NCBI GenBank assembly: GCA_963729895.1
Contig: CAVSQB010000021.1
Location: forward strand, 1 to 33,804
Length of the DNA: 33,804 nt
DNA from: an uncultured Fibrobacterota bacterium
GTDB taxonomy: Bacteria > Fibrobacterota > Chitinivibrionia > Chitinivibrionales > FEN-1185
Direction of reading: 5' to 3'
Notes under the pieces: generated by a model
What the model was told of the DNA's origin: nothing
Database searches by the model: none
Seen by the model: only the letters and a program-made list of their open reading frames with translations
Part shown: in pieces, positions 20,080 through 29,647 of the stretch
Numbering within the stretch: position 1 is the first letter of the stretch
Layout: each line of letters opens with the position of its first letter
Program-made: the position numbers and the translations under genes

Positions 20080-20826
20080 TCATTTTGCGGCGGATTTTGA
20101 TTTGTTTTTTCGCATCGAGTCTCCTTCCAGGTTAAATTTTATGGCACCGTGTGTCAGGCGGTCGCAGACAGCGTCTGCCACGGTAGGATCGGGCAGTTTC
20201 AGGTGCCATTTGTCGACCGGGAACTGAGTGGTAATGATGATGGATCCTGCCTGTTCTTTCTCTTCAATGACGTCCAGGAGCGGTCCGGAGTCGATTGATT
20301 CGATTGGCTGCATAAGAAAATCGTCGAGTATGATGACTTTGGTTTTTGCGAGCTTTTTCAGGTAACGCAGGTACATTCCGGTGCCTTTGGCGGCATGGAT
20401 TTCTTCGAAGAGGATCGGGTAACGGATTTTGATTACTGAGAAGCCCATGATGCAGACTTGCAGGCCGATAGCCTCGGCCAGATACGTCTTTCCGCATCCG
20501 GTAGAGCCGGTAATAATGATGTTCTGCGAGTTGTTGATCCATGTCGCCGTGGTCAACGGCATGAGATCTTTTTTCATAAACCCTCTGGATTGATTGTACG
20601 TGACATTTTCGAGGGTTGCCTGTTCGGGTTTGAAGTTTGCGTGGCCGATCATGCGGGAGAGCCTCCGGTTTTTCCGGGCATTGTATTCGTCTTCGACCAG
20701 AAGGGCGAAGAACTCCTCCGGGGCCAGATCACGGTTGTTGCCGCCGGCCAAACGTGTCTGCAATGATTCGGCCATTGCCGAGAGTCGCATGGATTTGAGC
20801 TGTTCAATGACGTTTTCGATATGCAT
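20080..20826 (-). CDS. istB: IS21 helper ATPase IstB
   Basis: GSTGCGKT Walker A, IILDDF, ITTQFP, ADAVCDRL. Confidence 0.96.
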   Translation of the reverse strand: MHIENVIEQLKSMRLSAMAESLQTRLAGGNNRDLAPEEFFALLVEDEYNARKNRRLSRMIGHANFKPEQATLENVTYNQSRGFMKKDLMPLTTATWINNSQNIIITGSTGCGKTYLAEAIGLQVCIMGFSVIKIRYPILFEEIHAAKGTGMYLRYLKKLAKTKVIILDDFLMQPIESIDSGPLLDVIEEKEQAGSIIITTQFPVDKWHLKLPDPTVADAVCDRLTHGAIKFNLEGDSMRKNKSKSAAK

Positions 20827-20844
20827 AGAAGTTCTCTTTTCCGG

Positions 20845-22401
20845 TTACTGGTTGATGTAATACTGTGGCCCGCGTATGTTTTCATGAACCACGGGCGGTT
20901 GGCTTTGCGTGGGCAGCGGTAAAAAAGTCTGGTTGTCCAGGTGCTGCTCAAGGATTGTTTTGATGGCTTTGAGCGTTGTCGATTTGTAATAGGTAGCTCT
21001 TTGACATGCTCTTTCGAGTCTCTGCGGCGAGTATACTTTTGCCAGTCGCAAAACGCCCATGACGGCGTTAAAGCCCTGCTGAACATGGTCTCTTCGGTTC
21101 ATGATCTGCCAGGCCGCTTCGGCGGTTGCCGGACCGATCTCAGTCGCTTTGGCGATGAACCACTCTTTCGACCACCCTTTGACAAACGCATGGCTTGGCG
21201 GCATATGTTCGGTTGTCGTGGCGTATCCGAAGTTCGGCGGGCCTGCCTGATGGCGGCAGACATGGATATTGTCGTGATAGATTTCTATGATCGGGCCGAT
21301 CTGATATACGTCCACGCGCTGCGTTGCAAGGTAATGCGGTACGCTGTAAAAATGATCTTCGAACCGGATGTGGTAATTATGGCCGACCAGCACGTCGAGC
21401 TTCACGAGGGATATCTTGAATGGCTCGGCAGGCAGTTGCTGGGCATAGGGCTTATCCAGCTCTTCGAAGCGCTGCCGTCTCGTCTGGCCGCCATACTCCT
21501 TCATCGGGCGGTTGTTGAGCGCTTCCAGTTCTTCCCGTATTGCGACATTGACCTCATCCAGAGAAAAGAACTGCCGGTTGCGCAACCGAGCCAGGATAAA
21601 ACGCTGGGCCTGCAAAACGGCGCTCTCCACAATGGCTTTGTCCTGAGGCTTCAGCACCCGTGCGGGAAGAAACGCCACACGATAATGATCTGCCATCTTC
21701 CCGTAAACGGGATTTGCGACCGGGTCGTACCGGTCGGATTTCTTAACCCCGCTTTTGGTATTGTCCAGAACAAAAGCGAATGGCGCAACGCCGAAGTACT
21801 CAAGGCCGTGCACATGGGAGAGGGCAAAATCACGCGTCTTCTGGCTTTCGCTTCCTTCGGCAAACGTGAAGCTGCTGGCACCCCAGGCGCAAACAAAAAG
21901 ATCGACAGCGATGATTTCCCCGGTACGGCGATCGATATACTCCAAGCCATCGCCGGAGTAATCGGAGAACACCTTGTCCCCGCCTTTATGGATTACCTTC
22001 ATGGTAATCTCCGGCGGACGGTGCCGTGCGACATGATCGTAAAATGCCGTGCGCTTCAAACCATCGGGATGCTGCTCGGCATATTCCTCCCACAGGCGCT
22101 GCAGCGTGACGTGTGGCCGAACGAGTTCTTTCTCAATGTATTTGACATCGGGCAGCCGAAAGGCGGGTGTGTCGTCAGGCGGCGGCACTGGTGGAAACAA
22201 CGCAGCCTCAAGCGCCGTGTCCGTCAGCGTATCTGGCAGCGGCCACGGAAGCTTCGACAGTTGAAACCGCTCCAGGTAGTTTATGACGCTGCCCTTGGAC
22301 AGCGATAGCGCAAGAGACGTTTGCTCCGCGCTGATGTTCTTTGATAACCGGTACTCAAGTACCTGGCGAATCTTCCGCATAGGCGTTCTCCCTCTGCTCA
22401 T
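20845..22401 (-). CDS. istA: IS21 transposase IstA
   Basis: MRKIRQVL, DYSG, DNTKSGV, PQDKAIVE, YSVP, HENIRGPQYY. ATG at 22401. Confidence 0.96.
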   Translation of the reverse strand: MSRGRTPMRKIRQVLEYRLSKNISAEQTSLALSLSKGSVINYLERFQLSKLPWPLPDTLTDTALEAALFPPVPPPDDTPAFRLPDVKYIEKELVRPHVTLQRLWEEYAEQHPDGLKRTAFYDHVARHRPPEITMKVIHKGGDKVFSDYSGDGLEYIDRRTGEIIAVDLFVCAWGASSFTFAEGSESQKTRDFALSHVHGLEYFGVAPFAFVLDNTKSGVKKSDRYDPVANPVYGKMADHYRVAFLPARVLKPQDKAIVESAVLQAQRFILARLRNRQFFSLDEVNVAIREELEALNNRPMKEYGGQTRRQRFEELDKPYAQQLPAEPFKISLVKLDVLVGHNYHIRFEDHFYSVPHYLATQRVDVYQIGPIIEIYHDNIHVCRHQAGPPNFGYATTTEHMPPSHAFVKGWSKEWFIAKATEIGPATAEAAWQIMNRRDHVQQGFNAVMGVLRLAKVYSPQRLERACQRATYYKSTTLKAIKTILEQHLDNQTFLPLPTQSQPPVVHENIRGPQYYINQ

Positions 22402-22472
22402 ATCGTCTCCCTTCAATGGTGAAAAGAGACGATATAGGTGAATCCGGGAACGCTTCCTGAAAAATCATCCGT

Positions 22473-22587
22473 CCGGTCAAATAAAAGCGGATTTGCCGGT
22501 CAAATTGAACCGGATTGATCGGTCATTTTGATCCGGATTCGGCGGTCAAATTGAGGCGGATTAGTCGGTCATTTTGGGGCGGATCAG
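22473..22587. repeat. 5 x 23-bp IS21 subterminal transposase-binding repeats
   Basis: nCGGTCAwwT....sCGGATyvG units in tandem; two inverted copies at ~19977-20020. Confidence 0.9.
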
Positions 22588-22590
22588 TCA

Positions 22591-23268
22591 AACACAATCT
22601 TGAAGGGGCAAAAAGGCATAAGGAATAGGCGTTTGTAATTTACCTCTTAAAAATTCCCTCAATTCATCTCTTTTCTTATCATCGAGATTTAAAAAGCCCT
22701 TAGCAAGCTCAGGAAGAGAACCATCGAAACCCTGCATCAATCTATCAGCATATTCACGTTGCCCACCCCAAGCAATACCGAATTGTCCAGCAGACTTATG
22801 ATATTCTAATGGAGTTGGCCGAGAAGGAATCATTATATCAAAAATTCTTCCATAAGGAGAATCATAATCATATCCACCTACAAGAAAAACCATATCATTT
22901 CCAGGTACAACAGGAATCTTTTGTAAATTCCATTTTTCAAGAAAGAAATCTGAAAATCTTTTTGCAAAATCCTCCACAGAAAGCCTTTTGGAATCTTTCA
23001 ATTTTTGTTCTATTTCTGGAATGTAACTATGCGCTGTTCTCGGCTCAATTTGACCTATGGCCCCCACGCCAATAGCGCCTATACCATAAGTGACTGCGCC
23101 TATATAATCTTGCCCCTTTACCCGAAGAAGCTTTGTTGCATTGTCGTATGTCGAAGGAATCTGTATAGGTACTTGATTGGGTTGCTGAACTGGGGTCATC
23201 AATGTAACTCGGCTGTCCGCTGCCAAAACTATACCTTCAGGCCCCTTAAAAGCTATACCTAACGACAT
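22591..23268 (-). pseudogene. Proteasome-beta-like Ntn-hydrolase-fold protein, 5' part (IS21-interrupted)
   Basis: MSLGIAFKGPEGIVLAADSRVT N-terminus, TKL, FLVGGYD, AWGG. Confidence 0.8.
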
Positions 23269-23381
23269 ACCGTTCCCTTGGGATTCTATATACCAGGTTC
23301 ACTGATTACGAAGGAAAACACTCCTTATTATAGCCAACATCACCCTTAAAAACAAGGAATATAATGTTTCTGCCTCAACCC

Positions 23382-24686
23382 CGCATTGCCTCAAATTAAA
23401 TGTAACCGAAGGCTTAATCGAAACACGCACCAATTGATTCGTTGCCTCATAATTAAGGTAACCCAAGAAAAAAGGGGGTTACCACTATGGGGCACAAAGA
23501 AAAAGAAGCATATCGGGAAGCGATACGACAACGATATGCCCATTCCAACAGAGCCGGCAAAAAGCAGATTCTCGATGAGTTTTGTGCGATTTGCCGATAC
23601 AATCGCAAGTACGCTATCCGGCTACTTGGAAAACGCAAACAGAAACAAAAAGCCAAGCGTGGAAGAAGACCCTTATATGCTGAACCGCTTTTTATTAAGG
23701 CGTTACAGTACATCTGGAAAGCCTCTGATTTCATGTGCTCTCGCCGCCTTAAGGTTGTCATTCCAGTATGGCTGCCATTCTACGAACAATCCTTTGAACT
23801 GCTTTCCGAGGAAGTCCGTGCGCGGCTCCTCTCTGTCAGCCGCTCCACGCTTGACCGCGTCCTATGCCCTTTACGTACGCGTATGGGCAAGGGATTGTGC
23901 GGCACCAAGCCCGGCTCCATGCTGCGCAATCAAATCCCCATCCGTACCGACAACTGGGATATTACCCAGCCTGGATTCATGGAGGCGGATACGGTTGCCC
24001 ATTGCGGCACCAGCCTTGCCGGAGAATTTGTGTGGAGCCTTATCATGACTGACATCCATACTGCTTGGACCGAAGGCCGTGCTGTGTGGAATAAGGGCTC
24101 CCAGGGTGTCATTGAGCAGGTTAAAGACATCGAACGACGAATACCTTTTGCCCTGCGTGGCTTTGACTGTGATAACGGGTCCGAGTTCCTCAACTATCAT
24201 CTCGAACGCTACTTCGCCGTGCGACAAGACCCTGTAAAGTTCACCCGGTCACGTCCCTACAAGAAAAACGACAACGCCCATGTCGAACAGAAAAACTGGG
24301 CGCAGGCCAGGCACATGCTTGGTTATGATCGGATCGAAAACCCCGACACGCTTCCCCTCATTAACGACCTCTATGCCAACGAGTGGTCTCTCTATCAAAA
24401 CCACTTCTGTCCATCGCTGAAACTCAAATCTAAAATCCGGATAGGATCTCGATACCGCAAGACCTATGAAGAACCGAAAACTCCCTATCAAAGAATCGTT
24501 GAATCACCTTACATAGCTTCAGAAGTCAAGCAAAGCCTTGAACTGACCCACCGTGCTCTCAATCCATTCCAATTAAAAAAGACTATCGAAAGAAAACTCA
24601 AAACCATTTTCAACCTTGTTACGGTTACCTCATTTGTGAGGCATCGAATCTGACCCTTCGGTTACCTTTTATTATGAGGCAACACG
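23382..24686 (+). mobile_element. ISNCY-like (rve-domain) insertion sequence
   Basis: Imperfect ~31-bp TIR CGCATTGCCTCAAATTAAATGTAACCGAAGG vs CGTGTTGCCTCATAATAAAAGGTAACCGAAGG. Left boundary confirmed by the second copy at 1273. Confidence 0.88.
23487..24653 (+). CDS. DDE (rve) transposase, ISNCY-like
   Basis: EADTVAHCG, DCDNGSEF, RSRPYKKNDNAHVEQKN. Confidence 0.93.
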   Translation: MGHKEKEAYREAIRQRYAHSNRAGKKQILDEFCAICRYNRKYAIRLLGKRKQKQKAKRGRRPLYAEPLFIKALQYIWKASDFMCSRRLKVVIPVWLPFYEQSFELLSEEVRARLLSVSRSTLDRVLCPLRTRMGKGLCGTKPGSMLRNQIPIRTDNWDITQPGFMEADTVAHCGTSLAGEFVWSLIMTDIHTAWTEGRAVWNKGSQGVIEQVKDIERRIPFALRGFDCDNGSEFLNYHLERYFAVRQDPVKFTRSRPYKKNDNAHVEQKNWAQARHMLGYDRIENPDTLPLINDLYANEWSLYQNHFCPSLKLKSKIRIGSRYRKTYEEPKTPYQRIVESPYIASEVKQSLELTHRALNPFQLKKTIERKLKTIFNLVTVTSFVRHRI

Positions 24687-24740
24687 ACCAAGCAAGTTTT
24701 GATATAAAAAGGGCAATCAAATTAGGACACCACCCCGGGC

Positions 24741-26549
24741 CTAATACCCGGTATTAAACGAATACCGGAGCCAGATCCGGTGCTGGGAAATATCCACTTT
24801 CGGGTCAGTTGCGTGCGGCTGGCTGAATTCAAACGTGTACAGGTAGTCCAAAGTGATTGACTGGACTATTCGCCACGATATAGTGGTGTTCACCCAATAT
24901 CCCGGTCGAAGCTTGTGCTCCTTGATGATCGGGTCAATCGGAAACTGCACGATCACCTCTCCGTCCGCGGTTATCCACCTGCCGACGCGTAGCCCGACGT
25001 CAACCGATGTTTCGGGTCCGTACGAAATAATGGAGTTGTCGCTCACATCCTGCAAAACTTTGTAGTCGCCCTGGAAATGTGCAAGCATGGTGTCCAATGC
25101 GGCTCTGGAGAGAACCGAGGCCGGATCGAGTTCTTGGGTCTTGATTGCTCCGGTGTCCGACGTGACGTCCTGAATCTGGCCCCAGATATTGTGCTGCGAA
25201 TACCCGAAACCGAGCTTGAGTTTCAGGTCGAATGGGCCGGACGTGATTGCGTCGACGTTGGCGCCCACCCCAAGTTGAAGATCGGTTGGAGACAACGAAG
25301 GCTTGAGCATTTTCGTCTTTGACGAGGAATCCACGGCTTTGATTGCCGAATCCGCGCCTGTAATCACATAAAGATTGTGCGAAGACGACTCGTCAAACCG
25401 GTCGTACACGGGGAAAAAGTTAGTCTCAAACTGCAAGCGTCCGTACGGCCCGAGCCAGTGAAGGAACCGCCATACATACAGAGAATACACCCGGAAATCG
25501 TCTGCCGTGTTATTGAGCTCGGAGATTCTGAAATTGGAGAAGTTGAGTTCCTCATCAAAGAAAAACTTGGTGTCCCATTCTCCCTTGCCCAAAGTGTGGT
25601 TTATGCGCACGTTGGTAAGGAACACGATTGCCGAATTGTTCGTGTCGTTGCTCGTGTTGAAGAGGATGCTGCCGCCCACGTCGAGCCCATATCTCCAGTG
25701 AGAAGTTATCTTTCGTGATGCCTGGCTCGCCACGGTGACGCCGCCGCTGAGAATCTTACCGGTTGTGGAGTCTTCCACGGCAGAGAAATGGGTGAGTTCG
25801 CCCGGAAGCAGGCGAACGGTCACGAAGCTTGATATGGCGTTGTAGCTGCCCCCGGTGCCGAAAATTTTGTACAAGCCCGGGTTGAGAATCCAGGTTCTTA
25901 CGCGTTCGCCCTGGTTGGGGTCCCTGCCGTAGGTCCTGCCGAACGGTTCGAATTGGTCAAGCCGGACCATTTCGTAACTTCCCTTGAACGGTATATTGCT
26001 CTCGCTCACCACGTCAACCTGGAGCCCGCTCCACGTGGGAAAGACGGGAGTGGTGCGGCCTTCGTCGACAACCACCCATTTCACGATGCGCTGCTTGGTG
26101 GTCCCGCTCCCCAGCAGCACGCTGTAGGTGCCGGGAATAAGGCAATATTTTTTTCCGGGCTTTCCGGTGAGGACCACCTTGCCCGTGGAGTCGGCGACCT
26201 GGACGTCCGGTTCGAGCTGGGGATCCGACATCCGGGGGACAAAGACCGCGCCTTTACCGATGGGAATAGGGGTTTCGTCTTCGTCGATCTGCTGCGTCAC
26301 GGGAGGGGCGTCCCAGGTCTTCACCGCCTCCACATACCACTCGGGCGAGTACGGCGAGGTCACCGGCGCCCTCATCGACGCTGTATCCCGGATCGTGCTG
26401 GCGCTTGCCTCGCCGGTTATTTCGTTGCCGGGAAGCGCCGGCGGGGGCGTCGCGAAGGCAAGGACCGCTCCCGACGCGAGCGCGGCGCAGGTGAAACGCA
26501 GGGACGCCACGAGCCATTCACTCACCGCCTTCACCCCTGAATTTCTCAA
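24741..26549 (-). CDS. Hypothetical exported protein, likely C-terminal outer-membrane beta-barrel
   Basis: Signal-like N-terminus, alternating aromatic beta-strands, ends RIWLRYSFNTGY; overlaps the preceding gene. Confidence 0.75.
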   Translation of the reverse strand: MRNSGVKAVSEWLVASLRFTCAALASGAVLAFATPPPALPGNEITGEASASTIRDTASMRAPVTSPYSPEWYVEAVKTWDAPPVTQQIDEDETPIPIGKGAVFVPRMSDPQLEPDVQVADSTGKVVLTGKPGKKYCLIPGTYSVLLGSGTTKQRIVKWVVVDEGRTTPVFPTWSGLQVDVVSESNIPFKGSYEMVRLDQFEPFGRTYGRDPNQGERVRTWILNPGLYKIFGTGGSYNAISSFVTVRLLPGELTHFSAVEDSTTGKILSGGVTVASQASRKITSHWRYGLDVGGSILFNTSNDTNNSAIVFLTNVRINHTLGKGEWDTKFFFDEELNFSNFRISELNNTADDFRVYSLYVWRFLHWLGPYGRLQFETNFFPVYDRFDESSSHNLYVITGADSAIKAVDSSSKTKMLKPSLSPTDLQLGVGANVDAITSGPFDLKLKLGFGYSQHNIWGQIQDVTSDTGAIKTQELDPASVLSRAALDTMLAHFQGDYKVLQDVSDNSIISYGPETSVDVGLRVGRWITADGEVIVQFPIDPIIKEHKLRPGYWVNTTISWRIVQSITLDYLYTFEFSQPHATDPKVDISQHRIWLRYSFNTGY

Positions 26550-27219
26550 TTTCTTTCTGTCTGCTGGAGTCGGCGACGGCCGAACTGCCGGCGGAGGCGC
26601 CGTATTGCTTGGAGAAGACCGCGTCCATGTCGTGGACCGCCTGGTTCATGATGAACTCGAGGATCTCCGACATTTCCCGCACCACGTTGTCGGGTGAATA
26701 TTGATAGACGCGCTTGCGGTTGTCGAAGTCCCGGGAATACATCACCCGGCCGTCCGACAGCCTGGTAAGGGTCAGGCGTAAGGCGAGGTGCGCGTACCAC
26801 AGCTGATCGCTGTCGTATTCTTCAAGCGCCTCGATGACGCCCGACAACTCGTAATCCGGCTTGAGCCCTTCATCGTACCGCCGGATGATGTGGCTCACAA
26901 AATTGATGGTTTCGAGATGCTTCTGGATAAGGTCCGTGATCATCTTGTTGGGGTTTACGGCCCAGAGCTTGTAGAAATAGTACCGGAGTTCAAACGGGCT
27001 TTGCCGGTAGACTATCTGCGAGCGGTTGTAGGCGTCCTCTATGTCAAGCTCCTTGAGCCGTATGGTAAAGGGATACGGAGTAGAAAGGAGCCTTCCTGCG
27101 GGCGGCATCGGAACATAGTTGAGCACATAGTACTGCTTGACGGGTATGGTGCCGCACCCGGCGGCGAACGCGAGTGCGGCGCCGGCAACAAGGAGAATTC
27201 GGGCGGAACTGCGTCTCAT
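26518..27219 (-). CDS. ABC-type transport auxiliary lipoprotein (PqiC-like)
   Basis: Lipobox AAGC, YYVL, IVYR..YYFYKLWAVNP. Confidence 0.85.
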   Translation of the reverse strand: MRRSSARILLVAGAALAFAAGCGTIPVKQYYVLNYVPMPPAGRLLSTPYPFTIRLKELDIEDAYNRSQIVYRQSPFELRYYFYKLWAVNPNKMITDLIQKHLETINFVSHIIRRYDEGLKPDYELSGVIEALEEYDSDQLWYAHLALRLTLTRLSDGRVMYSRDFDNRKRVYQYSPDNVVREMSEILEFIMNQAVHDMDAVFSKQYGASAGSSAVADSSRQKEIEKFRGEGGE

Positions 27220-27220
27220 G

Positions 27221-28138
27221 TCACCGTCCTCTCTCTTTCGGTTGTTCGCCTTTCAAGAGCAGTGACGGATTTTCCGACAGCTCCTTTGCAAGCTGATTGG
27301 CGTTTTCGAGCGCTTCGCGGAGGTTTTCCATGGACACCGAGATATCCTCCCTGTTTTGTTTGATCATCATCAGCAGCGTTTCGGAAAGGTTCTTGAGGGC
27401 CGTCGCGGTTGAGTCGACGCGCGTCATGATATGGGAAATTTGGTCGGCCGACAGGCTCCTGTTGAGCGTGCTGGAGACGCCGTGGATGTCGGTGGAAATG
27501 CTGTCGATCTTCGAGATCACGTGCCGGGCGGTGCCGGCGATGTCCTTGAAATCGGGCCCCACGCCGCCGAAGAACGTCTTCGCGTCGGCCGTCACCACCA
27601 CGAGGTTGTCGAGGATCTTCTTGATGGACGCGAGGCTGTCGGGCTGTGAGAGCGCGTTGAGATGGTTCAGGAGCAGTTCCACTTTATCAACTATGACGTC
27701 CACCTTGCCGGTCAGGGTGGAAAGCATCGACACCTTGGTCGGGATTTCGGAATTCGGCGGCAGCGAGGGCGAGTCGTTGGTGCCGCCCATGATGTCAAGG
27801 TAGTTGAGCCCCGTGATGCCCATGGACCACGATTGCGCATACATATCTTTCTTCATGGGAAAGTCGTTCTGGACCTTCAGCACCACCTGGATCCTGGAGA
27901 GGTTCCTGGGATCGTAGGAGATCTTGGCTATTTTGCCGATAAGCACGCCGTGGAATTTCACCACGCTCCCCTGTTCGAGCCCGCTCATCGATTCGCCCGA
28001 GAAATAGGCGTAATAGGTTTTCTCCTTGTTCGATACCCGCAGACCGAGCGGAATGGCCACGAGCACAAAGATCGCGGCGCACATCACGGCCACAAAGATC
28101 CCCAGGCGCGCGCGCTGTGCTGCGGTGATGGCGCTCAT
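27221..28138 (-). CDS. MlaD/MCE family protein
   Basis: N-terminal TM, SGLEQGSVVKFHGVLIGKI, GITG, helical C-terminus ENPSLLL. Confidence 0.93.
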   Translation of the reverse strand: MSAITAAQRARLGIFVAVMCAAIFVLVAIPLGLRVSNKEKTYYAYFSGESMSGLEQGSVVKFHGVLIGKIAKISYDPRNLSRIQVVLKVQNDFPMKKDMYAQSWSMGITGLNYLDIMGGTNDSPSLPPNSEIPTKVSMLSTLTGKVDVIVDKVELLLNHLNALSQPDSLASIKKILDNLVVVTADAKTFFGGVGPDFKDIAGTARHVISKIDSISTDIHGVSSTLNRSLSADQISHIMTRVDSTATALKNLSETLLMMIKQNREDISVSMENLREALENANQLAKELSENPSLLLKGEQPKERGR

Positions 28139-28944
28139 GCGGTGTGCTCCAGCAGAAAAAGTGATTCATGCGAGGCCGCCGCTTCCTGCGGGGCGCTGTC
28201 CTTACGCGTAAAAAAGTCGAATACCGGGCCCGAGACGAGGCGCTGGGCCTCGGAGAGCGGGCCTTGGTACATCACCCTTCCCCGGTACAAAAACACGATG
28301 TTGTCGGCGATTGTCTTGATAGACGCAAGCTCATGGGTCACCACGACGATCGTGATCGACAACGTCGACCGCAGCGACAGGAGCAGGTCGTCGAGCCCGG
28401 CCGCCGTCACCGGGTCGAGCCCGGCCGACGGCTCGTCGCAGAACAACAGCGGCGGGTCGAGCACCAGGGCGCGTGCGAGCGCCGCGCGCTTGCGCATGCC
28501 GCCCGACAGTTCTTCGGGAAGGAGCGGGCCGGCGCCGGCAAGTCCCACCTGAAACAGTTTGAGTTCCACGATCTCGCGGATAAGGGCGGGGGACAGCGCG
28601 GTATGCATCTCCAGCGGCAGCGCCACGTTTTCCGCCACGGTGAGCGATCCGAGCAGCGCGCCGTTCTGAAACAGGATGCCCGCCCGCGTAAGCGTCTCCA
28701 TGGTTTCCTGTGAGTCAAGGTCGCTCAGCTCCCGGCCGAACAGGCGCACGCTGCCGCGCGCCGGAGAGAGCAGGCCCACCATCGTCTTGAGCAGCGTCGT
28801 CTTGCCGCACCCCGACGGCCCCAATATCACCCGTATTTCGCGGGGAAGCACGGTGATGCTCACGTTGTCAAGCACGGTCCGCTCGCCGTAACCGGCGGTC
28901 ACGTTCCGCACTTCTATGATGGGCGAAGCGGCATTCTGTGCCAT
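28135..28944 (-). CDS. MlaF-like ABC transporter ATP-binding protein
   Basis: GPSGCGKT, LSGGMRKRAALARA, DEPSAGLDP. Confidence 0.96.
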   Translation of the reverse strand: MAQNAASPIIEVRNVTAGYGERTVLDNVSITVLPREIRVILGPSGCGKTTLLKTMVGLLSPARGSVRLFGRELSDLDSQETMETLTRAGILFQNGALLGSLTVAENVALPLEMHTALSPALIREIVELKLFQVGLAGAGPLLPEELSGGMRKRAALARALVLDPPLLFCDEPSAGLDPVTAAGLDDLLLSLRSTLSITIVVVTHELASIKTIADNIVFLYRGRVMYQGPLSEAQRLVSGPVFDFFTRKDSAPQEAAASHESLFLLEHTA

Positions 28945-29302
28945 AGGTAACCATGCTCACTGTTTGTCAATGCGAACCGGGTGACTCCAAAAAGTTCCTC
29001 AATGCTCCCGGTCAGCGGGATCAAGCGCAGTTCTCATTATACAACAGGCGCTTGCTTTCCTGCAAGAAATGTCAGAATGTCGCTCCCTTTGATATCAAAA
29101 TGGTTGTATGGATTGCCGAGCCGGTGCGGCAAATGCTAAATGCGTTTCTGGTTTGCTGAGCGGGTGCAACGTGGATGTACCCGTGGCAAGCCCGAACCTT
29201 CCGTTGCGCGCACCCTATAAACACCCGGTTGACAAAATCAAAGACCAAATACATTGACGAAGTCTTCATCTGAGTGCTCTTATTCGTACAACTGCATCTC
29301 GC

Positions 29303-29397
29303 GGGTGCCCCACGACCGGAGATTGGATGCTCGTCACTACTCCAACCATGGGGTCACCCGGCTCAGCCATCCAGACGCATTTAATTCGCATTTAGAT
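29303..29397 (+). repeat. Palindromic element family B, copy 1
   Basis: GGGTGCCCCA...TGGGGTCACCCGGCTCAGCCATCCAGA; 26 bp identical to 32065-32090. Confidence 0.75.
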
Positions 29398-29517
29398 ATT
29401 GCTGCGCGCACCGAAGCGGCACCCGGTTACAAAATTCTCAACCGAACCAACTCGACAACTTTTCGACCATTAGTAACCCTATCTATCTTGACAATTGCGG
29501 ACATTGCCTTCTGCCAA

Positions 29518-29594
29518 GCGTTAGGCCGGACTGGAGGGCCGACCACGGTTGTAGAGGCGCAAAGTTTTGCGCCTCTACAACCGTGGAAACGCCC
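29518..29594 (-). repeat. Palindromic element family A, short copy
   Basis: GGGCG[hairpin]CGGCCCTCCAGTCCGGCCTAACGC; same ends as 31658-31790. Confidence 0.7.
29543..29586. repeat. GTAG-type REP-like perfect hairpin
   Basis: CCACGGTTGTAGAGGCGCAAA-GT-TTTGCGCCTCTACAACCGTGG, 21-bp perfect stem. Confidence 0.85.
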
Positions 29595-29647
29595 ATTTAT
29601 TTGCTTGGAGATCCAGGCAATTCAATCCTTCAAGCCGCAAATTCCGG

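Larger units (their letters stand above)
19973..22590 (-). mobile_element. IS21-family insertion sequence, complete
   Basis: TG..CA ends, iterated TGACCG subterminal repeats; 7-bp TSD AACACAA at 19966-19972 and 22591-22597. Confidence 0.95.
18459..24734. mobile_element. Non-autonomous transposable cassette (IS256/ISLre2-like ends) with a proteasome-beta-like cargo gene and three nested ISs
   Basis: TIR GGTAGTGTCCTAAT (18459) / ATTAGGACACCACC (24734); 8-bp TSD CCGGGCCT at 18451-18458 and 24735-24742. Confidence 0.85.

Noticed and set aside
20941..22308. 455-aa plus-strand ORF
   Set aside because: Antisense shadow of istA.
22473..22587. Possible CRISPR or iterons
   Set aside because: Normal IS21 subterminal repeats, mirrored at the other end of the element.
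18274..24740. tRNA-targeted integrative island
   Set aside because: The insert is upstream of the tRNA 5' end, with no duplicated tRNA 3' end and no integrase.
29518..29526. GCGTTAGGC as an attC core
   Set aside because: No matching partner R/L boxes; explained as the end of repeat family A.
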